Sequence record: DRR378314_814 | Length of the DNA: 64,000 nucleotides | Direction: 5' to 3' (one strand) | Part shown: piece after piece, positions 1 to 9,947 of the stretch | Layout of the letters: each line of letters opens with the position of its first letter | Numbering within the stretch: the stretch's first letter is position 1 | Notes under the pieces: generated by a model | The model's database searches: none | What the model was told of the DNA's origin: nothing | The model's input: the letters and a program-made list of their open reading frames with translations, nothing else | Program-made: the position numbers and the translations under genes

Positions 1-46
1 ACGCGGATTATGATTCCGCTGCTCTAACCAGCTGAGCTACTCCGCC
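1..46 (-). tRNA. tRNA-Met (CAT), 5' part; 3' end lies outside the window
   Basis: Reverse complement GGCGGAGTAGCTCAGCTGGTTAGAGCAGCGGAATCATAATCCGCGT shows the D-arm and the anticodon stem GCGGA/TCCGC around loop ATCATAA (anticodon CAT). Lacks the initiator GGG/CCC anticodon stem, so probably elongator Met. Confidence 0.9.
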
Positions 47-86
47 ACACGAAGAACGGCCGTGGAACAGGCCGTCTGGAGCCCGG

Positions 87-115
87 TTTTTAGGGTCTTT
101 TTCGCAGGCTGTCAA
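87..115 (-). promoter_or_regulatory. Putative sigma70 promoter of the tRNA
   Basis: Minus strand TTGACA-17 bp-TAAAAA, about 40 nt upstream of the tRNA 5' end. Confidence 0.6.
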
Positions 116-309
116 GCAAGATATTAACAAATTTCACTGCTTTTTGATGCCGGTGCCAGCGCACCGAAACGGTGGCCGTATTTCCGAAAAGCCGGCTGTG
201 TCCGTGATGGGGGCAGAACGCTGACGGAGGCCTTGCTGAAGGCGTTGCTAATGGCGTGGTGAGCGGTGGACCACAGGGCAAGGGAGCGACGCCCTGGAAT
301 AAAGCCCTT

Positions 310-429
310 GGGATTAAAGGACTTCGGATTAAAGCACCGGGGATTGCCGGGCTAGGGATTGGCGGACTGGGGATTGAGGGACTGGGGATTGGCGGACTAG
401 GGATTGCCGGGCTGGGGATTTCAGGGCTG
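310..429. repeat. Imperfect 15-bp tandem repeat, 8 units, consensus GGGATTGNNGGRCTR
   Basis: Units gggattaaaggactt / cggattaaagcaccg / gggattgccgggcta / gggattggcggactg / gggattgagggactg / gggattggcggacta / gggattgccgggctg / gggatttcagggctg. Confidence 0.9.
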
Positions 430-609
430 GAGAGTCAGGCCGGGGGAGTAGGAGAACGTGAAGTAAGAGACCCGGAAGCACCAGACCGAGGATATCCGGG
501 CCGGGCCTGATCAGTCAATCAGGGCGGATCCATTGCAGGATGAATAAAAACGGGCTTGCGGGTTTACGGGGCTTGATCGGTGGGTCTGAACCCGGCAAAG
601 GCAGTGGGC

Positions 610-1740
610 TTAAGCCACTTCCAGGGTCAGCGGTGCTTCGGTTCCGGCGATCCAGCCACCGCCCAGAAGACGGTCGCCGTCATACATCACGCAGGCCTGC
701 CCGGCGGAGACACCGGCTTCGGGCTCGATCAGGTGGACTTCGGCCCAGCCATCTGCCGCGCCGTAAACGGTGGCGGGGAAAGGCTTCTGCGTGGAGCGGA
801 CCTTGATCATCACGTCCGTGCCCTGATCCGATAGCGGCGCATCCCCGATCCAGTTCATTTCCCGCAACGTCAGTTTGGAGACCAGCAAAGCTTCCCGCGG
901 GCCGACAACAACGCGGTTTCCTTCCGGATCCAGGCGAACCACATAGACCGGATCGCCCATTGCAATGCCGAGCCCCCGGCGCTGCCCCACGGTGTAATTG
1001 ATGATGCCGTTATGATGGCCCAGAACCTTGCCCGACAGATCGACGATTTCCCCTTCGCGGCCAGCGCCGGGGCGAATGCGTTCAATCACCGAGGCGTAAT
1101 TGCCATTTGGCACAAAACAGATGTCCTGACTTTCCGGTTTTGCTGCCACGGCCAGATTATATTTATCCGCGAGCGCCCGGGTTTCATCCTTGGTCAACCC
1201 GCCGAGCGGAAAGCGCAAATAATCCGCCTGCTCCTGCGTGGTGGCAAAGAGGAAATAGCTTTGGTCCTTGATGGCATTGGCGCCGCGATACAGATGCGCG
1301 CCGTGCAAGCCGCCTTCGCGGCGGATATAGTGACCGGTGGCCAGCGCCACAGCGCCCAGATCGCGGGAGGTATCGAGCAGATCCCGGAATTTCACAGTCT
1401 GATTACAGCGCACACAAGGCACCGGGGTTTCCCCGCGCAGGTAACTGTCGGCAAATTCCTCCATCACACTGTCCTGAAACCGGCTTTCATAATCCAAAAC
1501 ATAATGGGGAATCCCAATGGCATCGGCGACCCGGCGGGCATCATGAATATCCTGCCCGGCGCAACAGGCGCCTTTTTTCTGAACGGCAACGCCGTGATCA
1601 TAAAGCTGCAACGTGATCCCGACCACGTCATAGCCCTGGTCTTTGAGCAGCGCAGCCGTGACCGAGCTGTCCACGCCGCCGGACATGGCGACGACAACGC
1701 GGGTCTCTTCGGGTGCTGTGTCAAAACCTAATGTATTCAT
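610..1740 (-). CDS. mnmA: tRNA-specific 2-thiouridylase
   Basis: [14 protein letters not shown]-loop, [38 protein letters not shown]. Start placed at ATG 1740 (MNTLGF) rather than 1803. Confidence 0.95.
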   Translation of the reverse strand: MNTLGFDTAPEETRVVVAMSGGVDSSVTAALLKDQGYDVVGITLQLYDHGVAVQKKGACCAGQDIHDARRVADAIGIPHYVLDYESRFQDSVMEEFADSYLRGETPVPCVRCNQTVKFRDLLDTSRDLGAVALATGHYIRREGGLHGAHLYRGANAIKDQSYFLFATTQEQADYLRFPLGGLTKDETRALADKYNLAVAAKPESQDICFVPNGNYASVIERIRPGAGREGEIVDLSGKVLGHHNGIINYTVGQRRGLGIAMGDPVYVVRLDPEGNRVVVGPREALLVSKLTLREMNWIGDAPLSDQGTDVMIKVRSTQKPFPATVYGAADGWAEVHLIEPEAGVSAGQACVMYDGDRLLGGGWIAGTEAPLTLEVA

Positions 1741-1862
1741 GGCGCGCAATATAGGCTGGTTTTTAAGGGATGCAAGTATAACCGTCACAAAGGTGCCATG
1801 CAAAAAGGCATCTATTCCGAAACAGAAATAGATGCCCTGACCTTTTACGCGGACCTTGAGCC

Positions 1863-2831
1863 CTAGCTAATGGGCAGGTAGTTCAGAAGCGTTGTTCGGC
1901 TAATCTGCGAGAGAACGTTGTAGGAGGCTTCCAAGGCAAAGTTGGCTTGGTTCAGATTGGTGATCGCATCTGCAGCGTCCACATCCTCAATATTACTGAT
2001 GAAAATCTTGGTCTGGGTAACCTGAATTTCAATGGCTTCGACCGCCTGGGTCATCACTTTCTGGTTCAGACCATTTTCGCCCCGCATTTCCCCCAGATCA
2101 CGGACCAGATTTTCCAGATTGGCGATTTCCGCCGTCAGGAAATCCTGATCTTCCTGGCGAAGCGGTGTGGTAATGGGACCCGCCGGTCCGGTTGGCACCG
2201 GCGCAGTTGTTGGGATAACCCCGTTTTGCCACATCACCAGACGCTGCACCGCGGTCATCACTTCGAGCGAAATTTCATCTGCCAGCATACCTGTTTCCAG
2301 GGTGCGGTTTTCATCCACGCGCACATTGCGCTTTTGAGTATCATTGGTATAGATATCGGTTGGTGGCTCCAGCGCAGTCAGCAGGTCAGTGACATCTGAA
2401 ACTGCGATCGGCGCGATATCCTTCTTGTTGCCCGCGAACATATATCCTTCGGTGTTTTGACTGTTCATAAAGCCAACGACGGCTTCGAAAACACCTTCGA
2501 TTGCAGATTCAAGCCCCAGCGCGGAGGACGAGTTGACCGCCCCCATCACGGCATCCTTCAAATCTGTCGCCGCCAATTCCATCCCGCCAAGCACCTGATC
2601 ATAAGCCGCCAGTTCAGATTGAACGACCCCGTTATTTTCCTTGTGCTGCTCCAGTCGGGAGAGCAGGGATTTGGAGCCCGCAAGGCTGGAGGTATCCTGA
2701 TAGATATCTTTGTAGAATTCCGCCACATGGCCAGAATCCACCTGAAATTGAGCCTTGGCGACTTTTGACTGCGCCTCCTGCATATAGGATAGCAGGGTCT
2801 GGCTCTGGTGAAATGTGGATACGCGTGTCAT
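1863..2831 (-). CDS. flgL: Flagellar hook-filament junction protein (HAP3)
   Basis: Flagellin-family termini (MTRVST..., [13 protein letters not shown]...[17 protein letters not shown]), YMFAG motif, directly downstream of flgK. Confidence 0.85.
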   Translation of the reverse strand: MTRVSTFHQSQTLLSYMQEAQSKVAKAQFQVDSGHVAEFYKDIYQDTSSLAGSKSLLSRLEQHKENNGVVQSELAAYDQVLGGMELAATDLKDAVMGAVNSSSALGLESAIEGVFEAVVGFMNSQNTEGYMFAGNKKDIAPIAVSDVTDLLTALEPPTDIYTNDTQKRNVRVDENRTLETGMLADEISLEVMTAVQRLVMWQNGVIPTTAPVPTGPAGPITTPLRQEDQDFLTAEIANLENLVRDLGEMRGENGLNQKVMTQAVEAIEIQVTQTKIFISNIEDVDAADAITNLNQANFALEASYNVLSQISRTTLLNYLPIS

Positions 2832-2854
2832 GAGTTTTCTCCTCCAACGATGCG

Positions 2855-4951
2855 TTAAGCGATATTGAGCAGAATGTCGTACATATCGCGGGCGGTGGTG
2901 ATCACCCTGGCGGCCGCGTTATAGGCATTCTGATAAACAATGAGATTAGCCAGTTCCTCGTCCATATTGACGCCCGAGGATTCCAGCAGTTTTTCTTTCA
3001 ACACCCCGGCAAGCGCAGAGCGATCCTCTTGCAAGCTTTCTGCGCGGGCTGCATCCAAACCGGATTTGGCCAGAATTTGCGCGGCATATTCACCAACCGT
3101 CACGTTGGAGCCGGGCAATCCGCCCAGCGTATCAAAGTTGGCGGTGGCTGAAGCCAGATCCTGAAACGCGAGGGCGCCTCGGTTGTCGGAGAGGTTCAGG
3201 GCCGGTGTGCCCGCCGCATCGACACGCGCCAACGCCATTGTCATGGGCGAGGACAGAATATCATCGCGAACGGTCAGGCTAGCGCTTTGATCAACCGGAT
3301 ACCGAAGGCCCACCCCGAACATTTCGGCAAAGGACACATTGGTGCCGCCCCGGTTGGACGAGTCGTTACTGACATTAACGCTGTAATTTTCATACCCGGC
3401 GGCATTGGAAATCTGAATGGCTCCCTCCGCCGAGAGGGTTGCGGTTGCACCCGGTGCCAAATTGGTGTTGAGCTCGTTCATGATATCGTTGACGGTGCCG
3501 CCGATCACGCCGAAATCAATTGTGAAGCTGCTTTGGATTTCACCGTTGGGACCCCGGTTTTCAATATCGATGGTGCCGGTAAAACCATGGGCATCGCCAG
3601 CGGCAAGGCCTGTATCAAAATTCGTCGGAATAGAGGCTTCAACCAGATCGTTCATGCCAAAGAAATGCGAAAATCCTTTGCCGCCCCGAAGCGCGGGATC
3701 TGCAGCTTCCTGCTGAATACCAACCCCGGTGGCGCCGCCTTGTGCCGTCATTTCCAGAACGCCGCCCGTCAGCGTCAGTGTACCTGCGCCAAGGGCGCCA
3801 TTTACCTCGGCCAGGACATCGGCCATGGTTGTGGTTCCAACAGCGTCAAAATCAACGGTGTAAGAGGCAACGATATCATTATTGGCATCAAAGCTGTAGA
3901 AGGTTGCTTCCCCCGTGAAGCCATGATCATCTGCCGCCAGGACACCGCTATTATGTCCGGTCAGGGTTGCAGGCGGCGGAACCGCCACATTTGCATTATG
4001 CACGGCGTTTAACTGCTCTGCCATTTCACCGGAAAGCGCGCCGATCTGATTGGCCATGCCCGGCAGTTCAACATTCCGCATATCCAGCCAACCGCGCAAA
4101 GAGCCGCCTGTCAGTTCCGGATCCAGGGCCAGGCCCGTTGGCGCGATGGTGTCGGTTACCGTGTTATAGACATTGATGGTAACCTGATCAAAAATCGTCT
4201 CGGACGTGACGGTTGCGGCTGGGCTATAGACCAATTGCCGGGGATGGAAATCCAGAAGCTGCTGACCGGCATTAGTCACCACCGCCAGGGAATTATTCCC
4301 CTGCGCATAGGTTTTCACATCCATGATTTCAGAAATTTCAGAAAGCGCCTGATCGCGTTTGTCTTCCAGCTCACCCGTTGGTTTGCCGCTAATCGTTGCA
4401 GAGGAGATTTCCTGATTTAACTCATGAATTCGCAAGATGGCCTGATTAACCGTGTCAATTTCAGTCGCGATATGATTATCCGCTTCTTTGCGCAAAGACT
4501 GGATCTGGGTTTGCAGGCGATCCGCCTCGATGGCGAAATTCTGAATTTCGGTCAGCGCAGAAGAGCGGGCAACCGACATGGTCGGATTTACTGTCAACTG
4601 AGACAGTGAGGTGTGAATGCTGTCGACCTTGCCGGTCAGGGAGGTGTTTTCAGCCGGATCGCCAAGCAGCGCCTGAAGCTTTCCATAAATATCAGACATC
4701 GCTGCATATTGTTCAGTGCTGGCCGTCGACAGGCGAAGTTCCCGTTGAATAAATTCGTCGGTGACGCGGCGGACATCTTCAATATCCACCCCAGCGCCCT
4801 GCCCGCCCAGAATGATTGTGCTGTAATCCACAACTTTACGGGCGTAGCCTTCGGTTTGCACATTGGCGATATTGTTCGACGTGACGTTGAGGGCCTGCTG
4901 GTGGGCCAGCATTCCCGTAACACCCGAATTCATAATTCCTGCCAAACTCAT
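2855..4951 (-). CDS. flgK: Flagellar hook-associated protein 1
   Basis: N-terminal GMLAHQQALNVTSNNIANVQTEGYARK; C-terminal SGVNMDEELANLIVYQNAYNAAARVI. Start at ATG 4951 with GGAG upstream. Confidence 0.95.
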   Translation of the reverse strand: MSLAGIMNSGVTGMLAHQQALNVTSNNIANVQTEGYARKVVDYSTIILGGQGAGVDIEDVRRVTDEFIQRELRLSTASTEQYAAMSDIYGKLQALLGDPAENTSLTGKVDSIHTSLSQLTVNPTMSVARSSALTEIQNFAIEADRLQTQIQSLRKEADNHIATEIDTVNQAILRIHELNQEISSATISGKPTGELEDKRDQALSEISEIMDVKTYAQGNNSLAVVTNAGQQLLDFHPRQLVYSPAATVTSETIFDQVTINVYNTVTDTIAPTGLALDPELTGGSLRGWLDMRNVELPGMANQIGALSGEMAEQLNAVHNANVAVPPPATLTGHNSGVLAADDHGFTGEATFYSFDANNDIVASYTVDFDAVGTTTMADVLAEVNGALGAGTLTLTGGVLEMTAQGGATGVGIQQEAADPALRGGKGFSHFFGMNDLVEASIPTNFDTGLAAGDAHGFTGTIDIENRGPNGEIQSSFTIDFGVIGGTVNDIMNELNTNLAPGATATLSAEGAIQISNAAGYENYSVNVSNDSSNRGGTNVSFAEMFGVGLRYPVDQSASLTVRDDILSSPMTMALARVDAAGTPALNLSDNRGALAFQDLASATANFDTLGGLPGSNVTVGEYAAQILAKSGLDAARAESLQEDRSALAGVLKEKLLESSGVNMDEELANLIVYQNAYNAAARVITTARDMYDILLNIA

Positions 4952-4984
4952 CTTCGTTCTCCAACTTACCCGGCGGATGTCCAT

Positions 4985-5001
4985 CGGCATTTTTGGCCGG
5001 G
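4985..5001 (-). promoter_or_regulatory. ftr-like FlbD binding site in the flgK leader
   Basis: Minus strand CCCGGCCAAAAATGCCG resembles the Caulobacter ftr pattern CGGC..AAA..GCCG. Confidence 0.55.
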
Positions 5002-5157
5002 TACCATTTTGCGCCTTGTCTAAAGGGTAGTTTTTTCCGCTCTACTCAAAACCGTTAAAACAACTCTATTCAATTGAAAATGCTGATCTTTTAAGTGTTT
5101 TGTGATCTGCAATTCTAATTTGACATGCCGCATTTGACATTGATCTCCCCCTACCAA

Positions 5158-5173
5158 TGCAATAACGGTGCCA
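5158..5173 (-). promoter_or_regulatory. sigma54 promoter for flgKL
   Basis: Minus strand TGGCACCGTTATTGCA matches TGGCAC-N5-TTGCA (GG-N10-GC). Confidence 0.85.
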
Positions 5174-5302
5174 ATTGCGTCAGGACCGGGCTCCAGCGTC
5201 GTCGCCATTATAATGAGTGGTGCTTTCTGCAAACAGATAACCAGGCCCCCAAACCGGGAAGAGGCGGATTTTTCCACCCTAGGCAAGATCCGTAGTCTGA
5301 AG

Positions 5303-5319
5303 CTGGCAGAATTTGCCCA
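5303..5319. promoter_or_regulatory. ftr-like FlbD enhancer between the divergent sigma54 promoters
   Basis: CTGGCAGAATTTGCCCA (GGCA-N5-TGCC dyad), roughly 85-130 bp from both promoters. Confidence 0.55.
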
Positions 5320-5403
5320 AACCGCAGGTGCGACCGCAAAATAGATCTCGCAAACTGATCTTAACTGACTGAATTTTATTGGTTTTTATTTTTTCATCGA
5401 AAC

Positions 5404-5419
5404 TGGCCCGCCTTTTGCT
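5404..5419 (+). promoter_or_regulatory. sigma54 promoter for fliK-flgD-flgE
   Basis: TGGCCCGCCTTTTGCT (GG-N10-GC), preceded by an AT-rich tract. Confidence 0.8.
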
Positions 5420-5446
5420 TGATAGGAGGCAAACCGCAATAGGTTC

Positions 5447-7111
5447 GTGAAATTCATAAGTGAGATTAAGTCAATGGATGTATCACAAGTCAGAAATGAC
5501 ATCGACAAATCCTTTAACTGGGGCCCGACCTTCAAGGACGACGCCAATGATGATTTTGCACGGCATCTCGCCGATGCAGATCAAGCCGATCGACCTGAAC
5601 CAACCGAAAGAGTTGAGAGCCGCGAGGATGTAGAGAGTGTCAGAGATCGCGATGACGACCGGAGAGATGATCCAGACACATCCGAATATGAGAATGACAA
5701 CCCTGCCGACAAGCCCAAAGTCGCCGCAAGCCCGGCTGAGACCACAGCAGTAGCTCCGCAAGCAGCGCCAACAGCTGCGGCGCCGACCGCAACATCCTCC
5801 CAGCCACTGGCGGCGAGTGAGACTGTTGGATCAGGAAGCCCGGCCACCGCCAGCATGGCAGCAGGCACCGACCCAAAAGCGGCAACTGCAGCCAGCGCAG
5901 GCGCGCAAATTCCATCTGCGACAGCCGAAGGTTCAATGGTTACACCGCAAACCGGTGCTGAGACGGCAGCCACACAATCAAATGGACAGGCCGCCAATCC
6001 GGCAGGCGAAGCGATTGCCGCTGCGGCCCAGAAACAGGGAACGGATCCGAAAGTTGCAAATACAGCAGCGGCGACCAACCCGTCAGCGACGGTGGCAGCC
6101 GCCAACAGCAAGGGTAAAAACAGCCCCGCAACAGAAGGACCGGTTTCTGCTGAAAAAACAGGACCTGCATTAAACACTGCTGCCGGGCAATCCCAGGATG
6201 CAACAGCGAAAGCCGCCAACCAGGGCCAAATGGTGAACCCGCTGGAAAAGATGCGCCAGGATGAAATGGCCAAAATGACCGAGAAAGAAGTCCTTTCCGC
6301 CAAGGTTTCAGAAATGCTGGCCAATGGAAAAGGTAAAATCACGGTTACGACCGGATCAACCAGCGGATCGGCAAGCGGTGCAGCTTCGTCCATGGTGAGC
6401 GGCGGGAACACCCTGCAAGCCAATAGCGCTGCCCAGCAATCTGCAGCAACAGCCGCAACCCCAAAGGCGGATACGGCGATTGCCACAGTAACCCAGTCAG
6501 CCCAGCAGGCGGAAATGCCGATCATCATTCCAAATGGCGATCTGGCTATGTCCCTATTACCCGCCCAGGGGCAGAGTGACACCAATGCGATGACCGGCTC
6601 CACCGTCGCGCCGGGGGCGGCTGTTGGCGGAATAGATGCCACCAGCAGCAGTTCTGCCAGTCAGGCAACCCAGGCGAGCCGAGCCAGTACCCAGGCAGGA
6701 AGCCCAGCAGAACAGGTTTCCGCCCAGATCACCAAGGCCGCCAAGGACGGAATGGACCAGATTAAGGTTCAGCTCAATCCTGCCGAGCTTGGCCGGGTGG
6801 ATGTGAAAATGGAACTGGGCCATGACGGACGGATCATGGCCGTCATTTCAGCCGATAACCCGGACAGCCTGGAAACCTTGCGCCAGGATGCCAACCAACT
6901 TGCCAAAGCACTGCAGGATGCCGGTTTTGAAACCGGATCTGACAGCCTGAACTTCACCCTCAATCAAGGCAATGACGAGGGCAGCGCCGAGCAACAACTG
7001 GCCGGCGGAAATGCAGCCGGAGTTGATGGCATTGAAGAAGAGCCTGTCCTGGACACAGCGGCATACGCAAACTCAACAGGATCGGACTCCGGTCTGGATA
7101 TCCAGGTCTGA
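5447..7111 (+). CDS. fliK: Flagellar hook-length control protein (start may be ATG 5474)
   Basis: Long Ala/Thr/Ser low-complexity region, C-terminal IKVQLNPAELGRVDVKME...LRQDANQLAKALQDAG, ends GLDIQV; upstream of flgD. Confidence 0.9.
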   Translation: MKFISEIKSMDVSQVRNDIDKSFNWGPTFKDDANDDFARHLADADQADRPEPTERVESREDVESVRDRDDDRRDDPDTSEYENDNPADKPKVAASPAETTAVAPQAAPTAAAPTATSSQPLAASETVGSGSPATASMAAGTDPKAATAASAGAQIPSATAEGSMVTPQTGAETAATQSNGQAANPAGEAIAAAAQKQGTDPKVANTAAATNPSATVAAANSKGKNSPATEGPVSAEKTGPALNTAAGQSQDATAKAANQGQMVNPLEKMRQDEMAKMTEKEVLSAKVSEMLANGKGKITVTTGSTSGSASGAASSMVSGGNTLQANSAAQQSAATAATPKADTAIATVTQSAQQAEMPIIIPNGDLAMSLLPAQGQSDTNAMTGSTVAPGAAVGGIDATSSSSASQATQASRASTQAGSPAEQVSAQITKAAKDGMDQIKVQLNPAELGRVDVKMELGHDGRIMAVISADNPDSLETLRQDANQLAKALQDAGFETGSDSLNFTLNQGNDEGSAEQQLAGGNAAGVDGIEEEPVLDTAAYANSTGSDSGLDIQV

Positions 7112-7130
7112 TCCCTAAAGGAGTATTGAA

Positions 7131-7829
7131 ATGAATATCGATGAAGCAAATGCTCAATATTACAAGGCAGATTCAACCGCCTCCCAGTCGTCGGTCAATC
7201 TGGCTGATAATTTCGATGACTTCCTGACCATGCTGACAACTCAGTTGCAGAACCAGGACCCGTTGAACCCGACAGATTCCAATGAATTTACCAATCAGTT
7301 GGTGTCCTTCACCGGTGTTGAGCAGTCGATTGCAACAAACCAGCATCTGGAAGCCCTTATCCAGCTACAGTCTATTGGCCAGCAAAATAACGAGGCCACT
7401 ACGCTGATCAGCTATCTGGGTAAAAATATCGGATCTGACCTGAATGTCGCCAATCTGGATGGCGAAGGCGGTGCCTGGAATATTGATCTTTCCACCACGG
7501 CCGATGAGGTTACCTATTCGATCTATGACAGTTCCGGAAACAAGGTGCATACCGAAACAGCAGACACCCTTTCCAAGGGGGATCATGTTTATAACTGGGA
7601 TGGATCGCTGGTCAACGGCGGTCAGGCACCAGAAGGAGCCTATTATCTGGTGGTGGATGCCAAGACCGATGGCGGCAGCCAGGTCGATGTGAGCTACAGC
7701 TTTGAAGGCATGGCCACCAAAGTCGAAACAATTGACGGACAACCGGTGTTGATGGTTGGCGGCGTTCCGCTCGGACTTGCCAATATCACAACCGTGGAAG
7801 TCCCGAGCACCAATACTGAAGGCGCTTAA
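7131..7829 (+). CDS. flgD: Flagellar hook capping protein
   Basis: FLTMLTTQLQNQDPLNPTDSNEFTNQL, YNWDG motif; RBS AAGGAG. Confidence 0.95.
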   Translation: MNIDEANAQYYKADSTASQSSVNLADNFDDFLTMLTTQLQNQDPLNPTDSNEFTNQLVSFTGVEQSIATNQHLEALIQLQSIGQQNNEATTLISYLGKNIGSDLNVANLDGEGGAWNIDLSTTADEVTYSIYDSSGNKVHTETADTLSKGDHVYNWDGSLVNGGQAPEGAYYLVVDAKTDGGSQVDVSYSFEGMATKVETIDGQPVLMVGGVPLGLANITTVEVPSTNTEGA

Positions 7830-7890
7830 CCGCAGTTAGTAACCTGTCTGCTTCCCTAAAAAGAACAGACCTGATTTAAGGAGTATAGAA

Positions 7891-9219
7891 ATGAGTCTTA
7901 CAGCAGCAATGTTTTCCGGGGTTTCGGGTCTTTCCGCCCAGTCCATGTCCATGGGCATCATCTCGGATAACATTTCAAACAGCAGCACCGTCGGCTATAA
8001 AGACACCCGGGCCGTTTTTTCGACCCTGGTCACCGAAAGCACGACCAACACAACTTATTCCCCAGGCGGTGTGATTGTTCACCCCAGCCAGCGGGTTGAC
8101 ACACAGGGTCTGATTACAGCCGCCGATGCGGATACCCATATGGCAATCGCCGGAAACGGATTCTTTGTTGTCCATACCCAAAACGATCCCACCCTGTCGG
8201 GTGGCAACTACCTGTTTACCCGGGCCGGCACATTTGAGCCAGATGAAACAGGCCTGCTTCGAAACGCCCAAGGATACTATCTGCAAGGATGGGCCATTGA
8301 CCCGGACGGCAATATTCCAACCAACCAGTCTGACCTTGCGGCTCTTGAGCCGGTTAATATTTCCGGTCTGACCGGTAACGCGGAGCCAACATCAACAATC
8401 CAGTTGAAAGCCAATCTGGCAAAAGAACAGGCAACCTTTGGTGCTGGTTATGTTGCGGGTGATATGTCCAACGGTACCACCGAGCCGCATTTTGTCCGAT
8501 CTTTCCAGATTTATGACAGTGTGGGCGCCGCCCATTCCGTGACATTCAATTTCCTGAAAACGGGTACGGGTGCAACTCCCAATGAATGGACGCTGGAAAT
8601 CTCAGCGGATCTTGACGCTGATGGTGTTGAGGATGTTCTCTCAACCGAAACAGTTGCGTTCAACACGGATGGAACGCTGGACCTGTCCTCAGGTGCCACA
8701 ACACAGACAAACACGATTACAATTCCCTGGGCCGCAACATTGGGTATTGAAAGCCCGCAAGCGTTGACCCTGGATTTTGGATCCGACGATCAATCCAACG
8801 GCTTTACACATTTTGCAGGAAATTCCGAACTGGTTTCCTCGGAAGTGAACGGTGCCCTGTTTGGCTCCTTCAACTCTGTCTTTATTGACGAGGAAGGTAA
8901 CGTCATCGCTAAATTCGATAACGGTACGTCCAAATATATCTATAAAATTCCGATTGCGACCTTCCCGAACCCTAATGAAATGGGTAATCAGGACGGAAAC
9001 GCCTATGATGAAACACCTGAATCAGGGACATTCACCCTGCGAGAGGCCACCATTGGCGGCGCCGGTCGGGTCATTAGTTCGGCAACGGAAGCTTCCACCG
9101 TGGATATTGCCAATGAGTTTACCAAAATGATTGTAACTCAGCGGTCCTATTCAGCCGCAAGTAAGATCATTACCACGGCTGACGAAATGCTTGAAGAACT
9201 TATCCGGATCAAGCGTTAA
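7891..9219 (+). CDS. flgE: Flagellar hook protein
   Basis: SGVSGL...ISDNISNSSTVGYK, AIAGNGFF, FTRAGTF, EASTVDIANEFTKMIVTQRSYSAASKIITTADEML. Confidence 0.95.
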   Translation: MSLTAAMFSGVSGLSAQSMSMGIISDNISNSSTVGYKDTRAVFSTLVTESTTNTTYSPGGVIVHPSQRVDTQGLITAADADTHMAIAGNGFFVVHTQNDPTLSGGNYLFTRAGTFEPDETGLLRNAQGYYLQGWAIDPDGNIPTNQSDLAALEPVNISGLTGNAEPTSTIQLKANLAKEQATFGAGYVAGDMSNGTTEPHFVRSFQIYDSVGAAHSVTFNFLKTGTGATPNEWTLEISADLDADGVEDVLSTETVAFNTDGTLDLSSGATTQTNTITIPWAATLGIESPQALTLDFGSDDQSNGFTHFAGNSELVSSEVNGALFGSFNSVFIDEEGNVIAKFDNGTSKYIYKIPIATFPNPNEMGNQDGNAYDETPESGTFTLREATIGGAGRVISSATEASTVDIANEFTKMIVTQRSYSAASKIITTADEMLEELIRIKR

Positions 9220-9249
9220 ATCTAACCTACTGATTATACTCCTTTTTCT

Positions 9250-9278
9250 CCCGGCCAAATTGCTGTTTTTGGCCGGGA
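9250..9278. terminator. Hairpin after flgE (terminator-like; each arm also ftr-like)
   Basis: CCCGGCCAAA-N8-TTTGGCCGGG flanked by T-rich sequence. Confidence 0.5.
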
Positions 9279-9307
9279 TTTACTGCTTTTTTAGCAGAAA
9301 GATAAAA

Positions 9308-9335
9308 TTAACCATCGGCTTTAGCAGTTTGTTAA
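9308..9335. promoter_or_regulatory. CtrA-binding sites upstream of sciP
   Basis: TTAACCAT half-site at 9308 and TTAG-N7-TTAA at 9321-9335. Confidence 0.55.
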
Positions 9336-9395
9336 AATACCGCAGCTACTATCCATCTCAGCAAAGATTACGAGTTGGAGTAAGGTAGCACCAGA

Positions 9396-9695
9396 ATGCA
9401 GCCCTTATCAGAGCATAGAACCAGTAAGATCATTGGCCTTGATGGCAAGCCGATGACTGTGAATGATTTACCGCCCAGAGACACAAAGCGCTGGGTGATC
9501 CGTCGTAAGGCCGAGGTTGTCGCTGCCGTGCGCGGAGGTCTGATCAGTCTGGATGAAGCCTGCACAATGTATAAATTGTCTGTCGAAGAGTTCCTCTCCT
9601 GGCAAAAGGCAATTGATAAGCATGGCCTGCCTGGACTTCGCACAACCCGCATCCAACAATACCGTCCCCCCAGCCCCCCAGAGCTGGAAAATTAA
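9396..9695 (+). CDS. sciP: CtrA inhibitor SciP (DUF1153)
   Basis: IGLDG..MT..DLPP.DTKRWVIRRKAEVVAAVRGGLISLDEAC..Y.LSVEEFLSWQ..IDKHGLPGLRTTRIQQYR. Confidence 0.95.
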   Translation: MQPLSEHRTSKIIGLDGKPMTVNDLPPRDTKRWVIRRKAEVVAAVRGGLISLDEACTMYKLSVEEFLSWQKAIDKHGLPGLRTTRIQQYRPPSPPELEN

Positions 9696-9839
9696 TTTTT
9701 TTGGCCATCGAGTCATAAATATCACACCTTAAAAGCTGAACTTTCGCGCCGCGATTTGGCCTCAAACCCGCCAAATCGCTTTTTTATTTTGTTTTTCTAA
9801 TTCAATGACTTACTAAAAATAGGCAATTTTTTCCCAAAA

Positions 9840-9875
9840 CTCGGCAAATATTGCCGGTCGTTAACCTTCTGTTTA
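9840..9875 (+). promoter_or_regulatory. ftr-like site plus CtrA-like box upstream of fliF
   Basis: CTCGGCAAATATTGCCG (9840-9856), then TTAA-CCTTCTG-TTTA (9861-9875). Confidence 0.6.
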
Positions 9876-9947
9876 TAACAAGTCAGTAGATTACGGTCTC
9901 ATCGGACAGTGTTCTAACTTGTACTTTTTGCTTCAAAGGTGTCGATC

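Noticed and set aside
310..429. CRISPR array
   Set aside because: Units are contiguous 15-mers without 25-45-bp unique spacers, and no cas genes are present.
256..510. 84-aa ORF with GIxGL repeats as a confident gene
   Set aside because: A 15-bp repeat keeps frames open by itself; no clear RBS or recognisable domain. Kept only as a possibility under the repeat finding.
1863..2831. Flagellin (fliC)
   Set aside because: Position behind flgK and the terminal motifs fit FlgL; typical flagellin N-terminal signatures are absent.
5020..5286. 88-aa ORF upstream of flgK
   Set aside because: Overlaps the flgK sigma54 promoter, TTG start, no recognisable features; better explained as regulatory DNA.
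5581..6642. 353-aa antisense ORF, and similar long antisense ORFs in flhA, FDH, mmsA and cheA
   Set aside because: Shadow frames of well-supported genes; no motifs or RBS.
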